64,000 bases of DNA. It comes from Eledone cirrhosa (taxonomy: Eukaryota). The stretch is taken from assembly GCA_964016885.1 (NCBI GenBank), contig OZ024740.1, positions 65,472,001-65,536,000 on the forward strand, written 5' to 3'. A program made the translations under genes and the position numbers. Shown here piece after piece: positions 62,881 to 64,000 of this stretch (positions within the stretch are counted from its first letter, which is position 1; each line of letters opens with the position of its first letter). Below the pieces are notes generated by a model. It ran no database searches. It saw only the letters and a program-made list of their open reading frames with translations, and had not been told where the DNA came from.

Positions 62881-64000
62881 TATTAAAAAAAGCAATAGTA
62901 ATGTAAGTAAGGATATATTGTGAAAAAAGTAGAAGATAGGATGAATAAGTTAGATGAGCATGAAAAGGGAGAAAAAAATAATGAATTGAGGATGAATAAT
63001 CTAGCGTCAAAAAAATGTTTATGTTTACGAAGGATTTTTTCAAGGTGATATAAAGTAAGAATATATTCTACTGTGTAATAATTGTTTCTATGTTAGGCAC
63101 AATGAGAAAATGTACAGATTAGGTGATAGAAATTAAAAGAAAAAGGAAAAGAAAAGGAAAAGGAAGAAAGGGAAGTGATAAATAGGAGTGATATAGAATG
63201 ACTAACTAGTATTATATAATGTATAATAAATAACTTTGGAATAAGGTAGAAAGATGGGTATATTTTTAAAGAAGTATATATATATATATGTGCCTTTGAG
63301 AAAAGGATTTTAAATCTCAAAGGCATGTATATATATATACTTCTTTAAAAATATACCCATCTTTCTACCTTATTTCAAAGTTATTTATTATACATTATAT
63401 AATACTAGTTACTCATTCTATATCACTCCTATTTATCACTTCCCTTTCTTCCTTTTCCTTTTCTTTTCCTTTTTCTTTTAATTTCTAACCCCTAATCTGT
63501 ACCTCTTCTCATTGTGCCTAACATAGAAACAATTATTACACAGTACAATATATTCTTACTGTATATCACCTTGAAAAAATCCTTCGTAAACGTAAACATT
63601 TTTTTGACGTTAGATTATTCATCCTCAATTCATTATTTTTTTCTCCCTTTTCATGCTCATCTAACTTATTCATCCTATCTTCTACTTTTTTCACAATATA
63701 TCCTTACTTACATTACTATTGCTTTTTTTAATAATACATATCAACATTTTCTTTCCATCGCACATATTTTTAAACCCTTAAATATTATTCTTAATACATA
63801 TTAACATTTTCTTTCCATCGCACATATTATTAAACGCTTAAATATTATTCTTAATACATATTAACAATTTCTTTTCATTGCACATATTATTAAACCCTTA
63901 AATATTATTCTTAATACATATTAACAATTTCTTTTCATCGCACATATTATTAAACCCTTCAATATACCAACCTTAACTTAACATTGTTTTCTCTTCGTTA

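Larger units (their letters stand above)
62118..64000. mobile_element. Large fold-back of the Naiad-type 3' region, running off the right edge
   Basis: 62554-63301 pairs with 63315-64000. 62118-62600 is the reverse complement of a diverged 29520-30110. Confidence 0.85.

Overview
AT-rich, repeat-saturated eukaryotic (metazoan) intergenic or intronic DNA. The SINEs resemble those I recall from octopod cephalopods, but that is inference, not a database match. No host gene is confidently visible; two candidate small exons are listed. The left 26 kb is a cluster of non-LTR retrotransposons associated with (TAA)n. It holds several R4/Dong-type RT+RLE elements (one with a 780-aa open ORF), two copies of an L1/Tx1-type element on the minus strand, and tRNA-derived SINEs. 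The right 38 kb is dominated by (TA)n microsatellites holding Penelope-like (PLE) GIY-YIG fragments, RTE and CR1 fragments, and a 3.1-kb tandem duplication. The most notable signal is at least nine sequence-distinct families of minimal type I hammerhead ribozymes (about 14 copies, some decayed). They sit in short TA-anchored units that are either partial tandem, circularly permuted repeats (about 315, 340 and 540 nt, retrozyme-like) or fold-back inverted repeats with an unpaired tail. One Naiad-type PLE has TGA at the first Cys of its CxCx5Cx5C finger, a possible selenocysteine codon. All alignments and folds were done by eye, and coordinates of degenerate elements are approximate.
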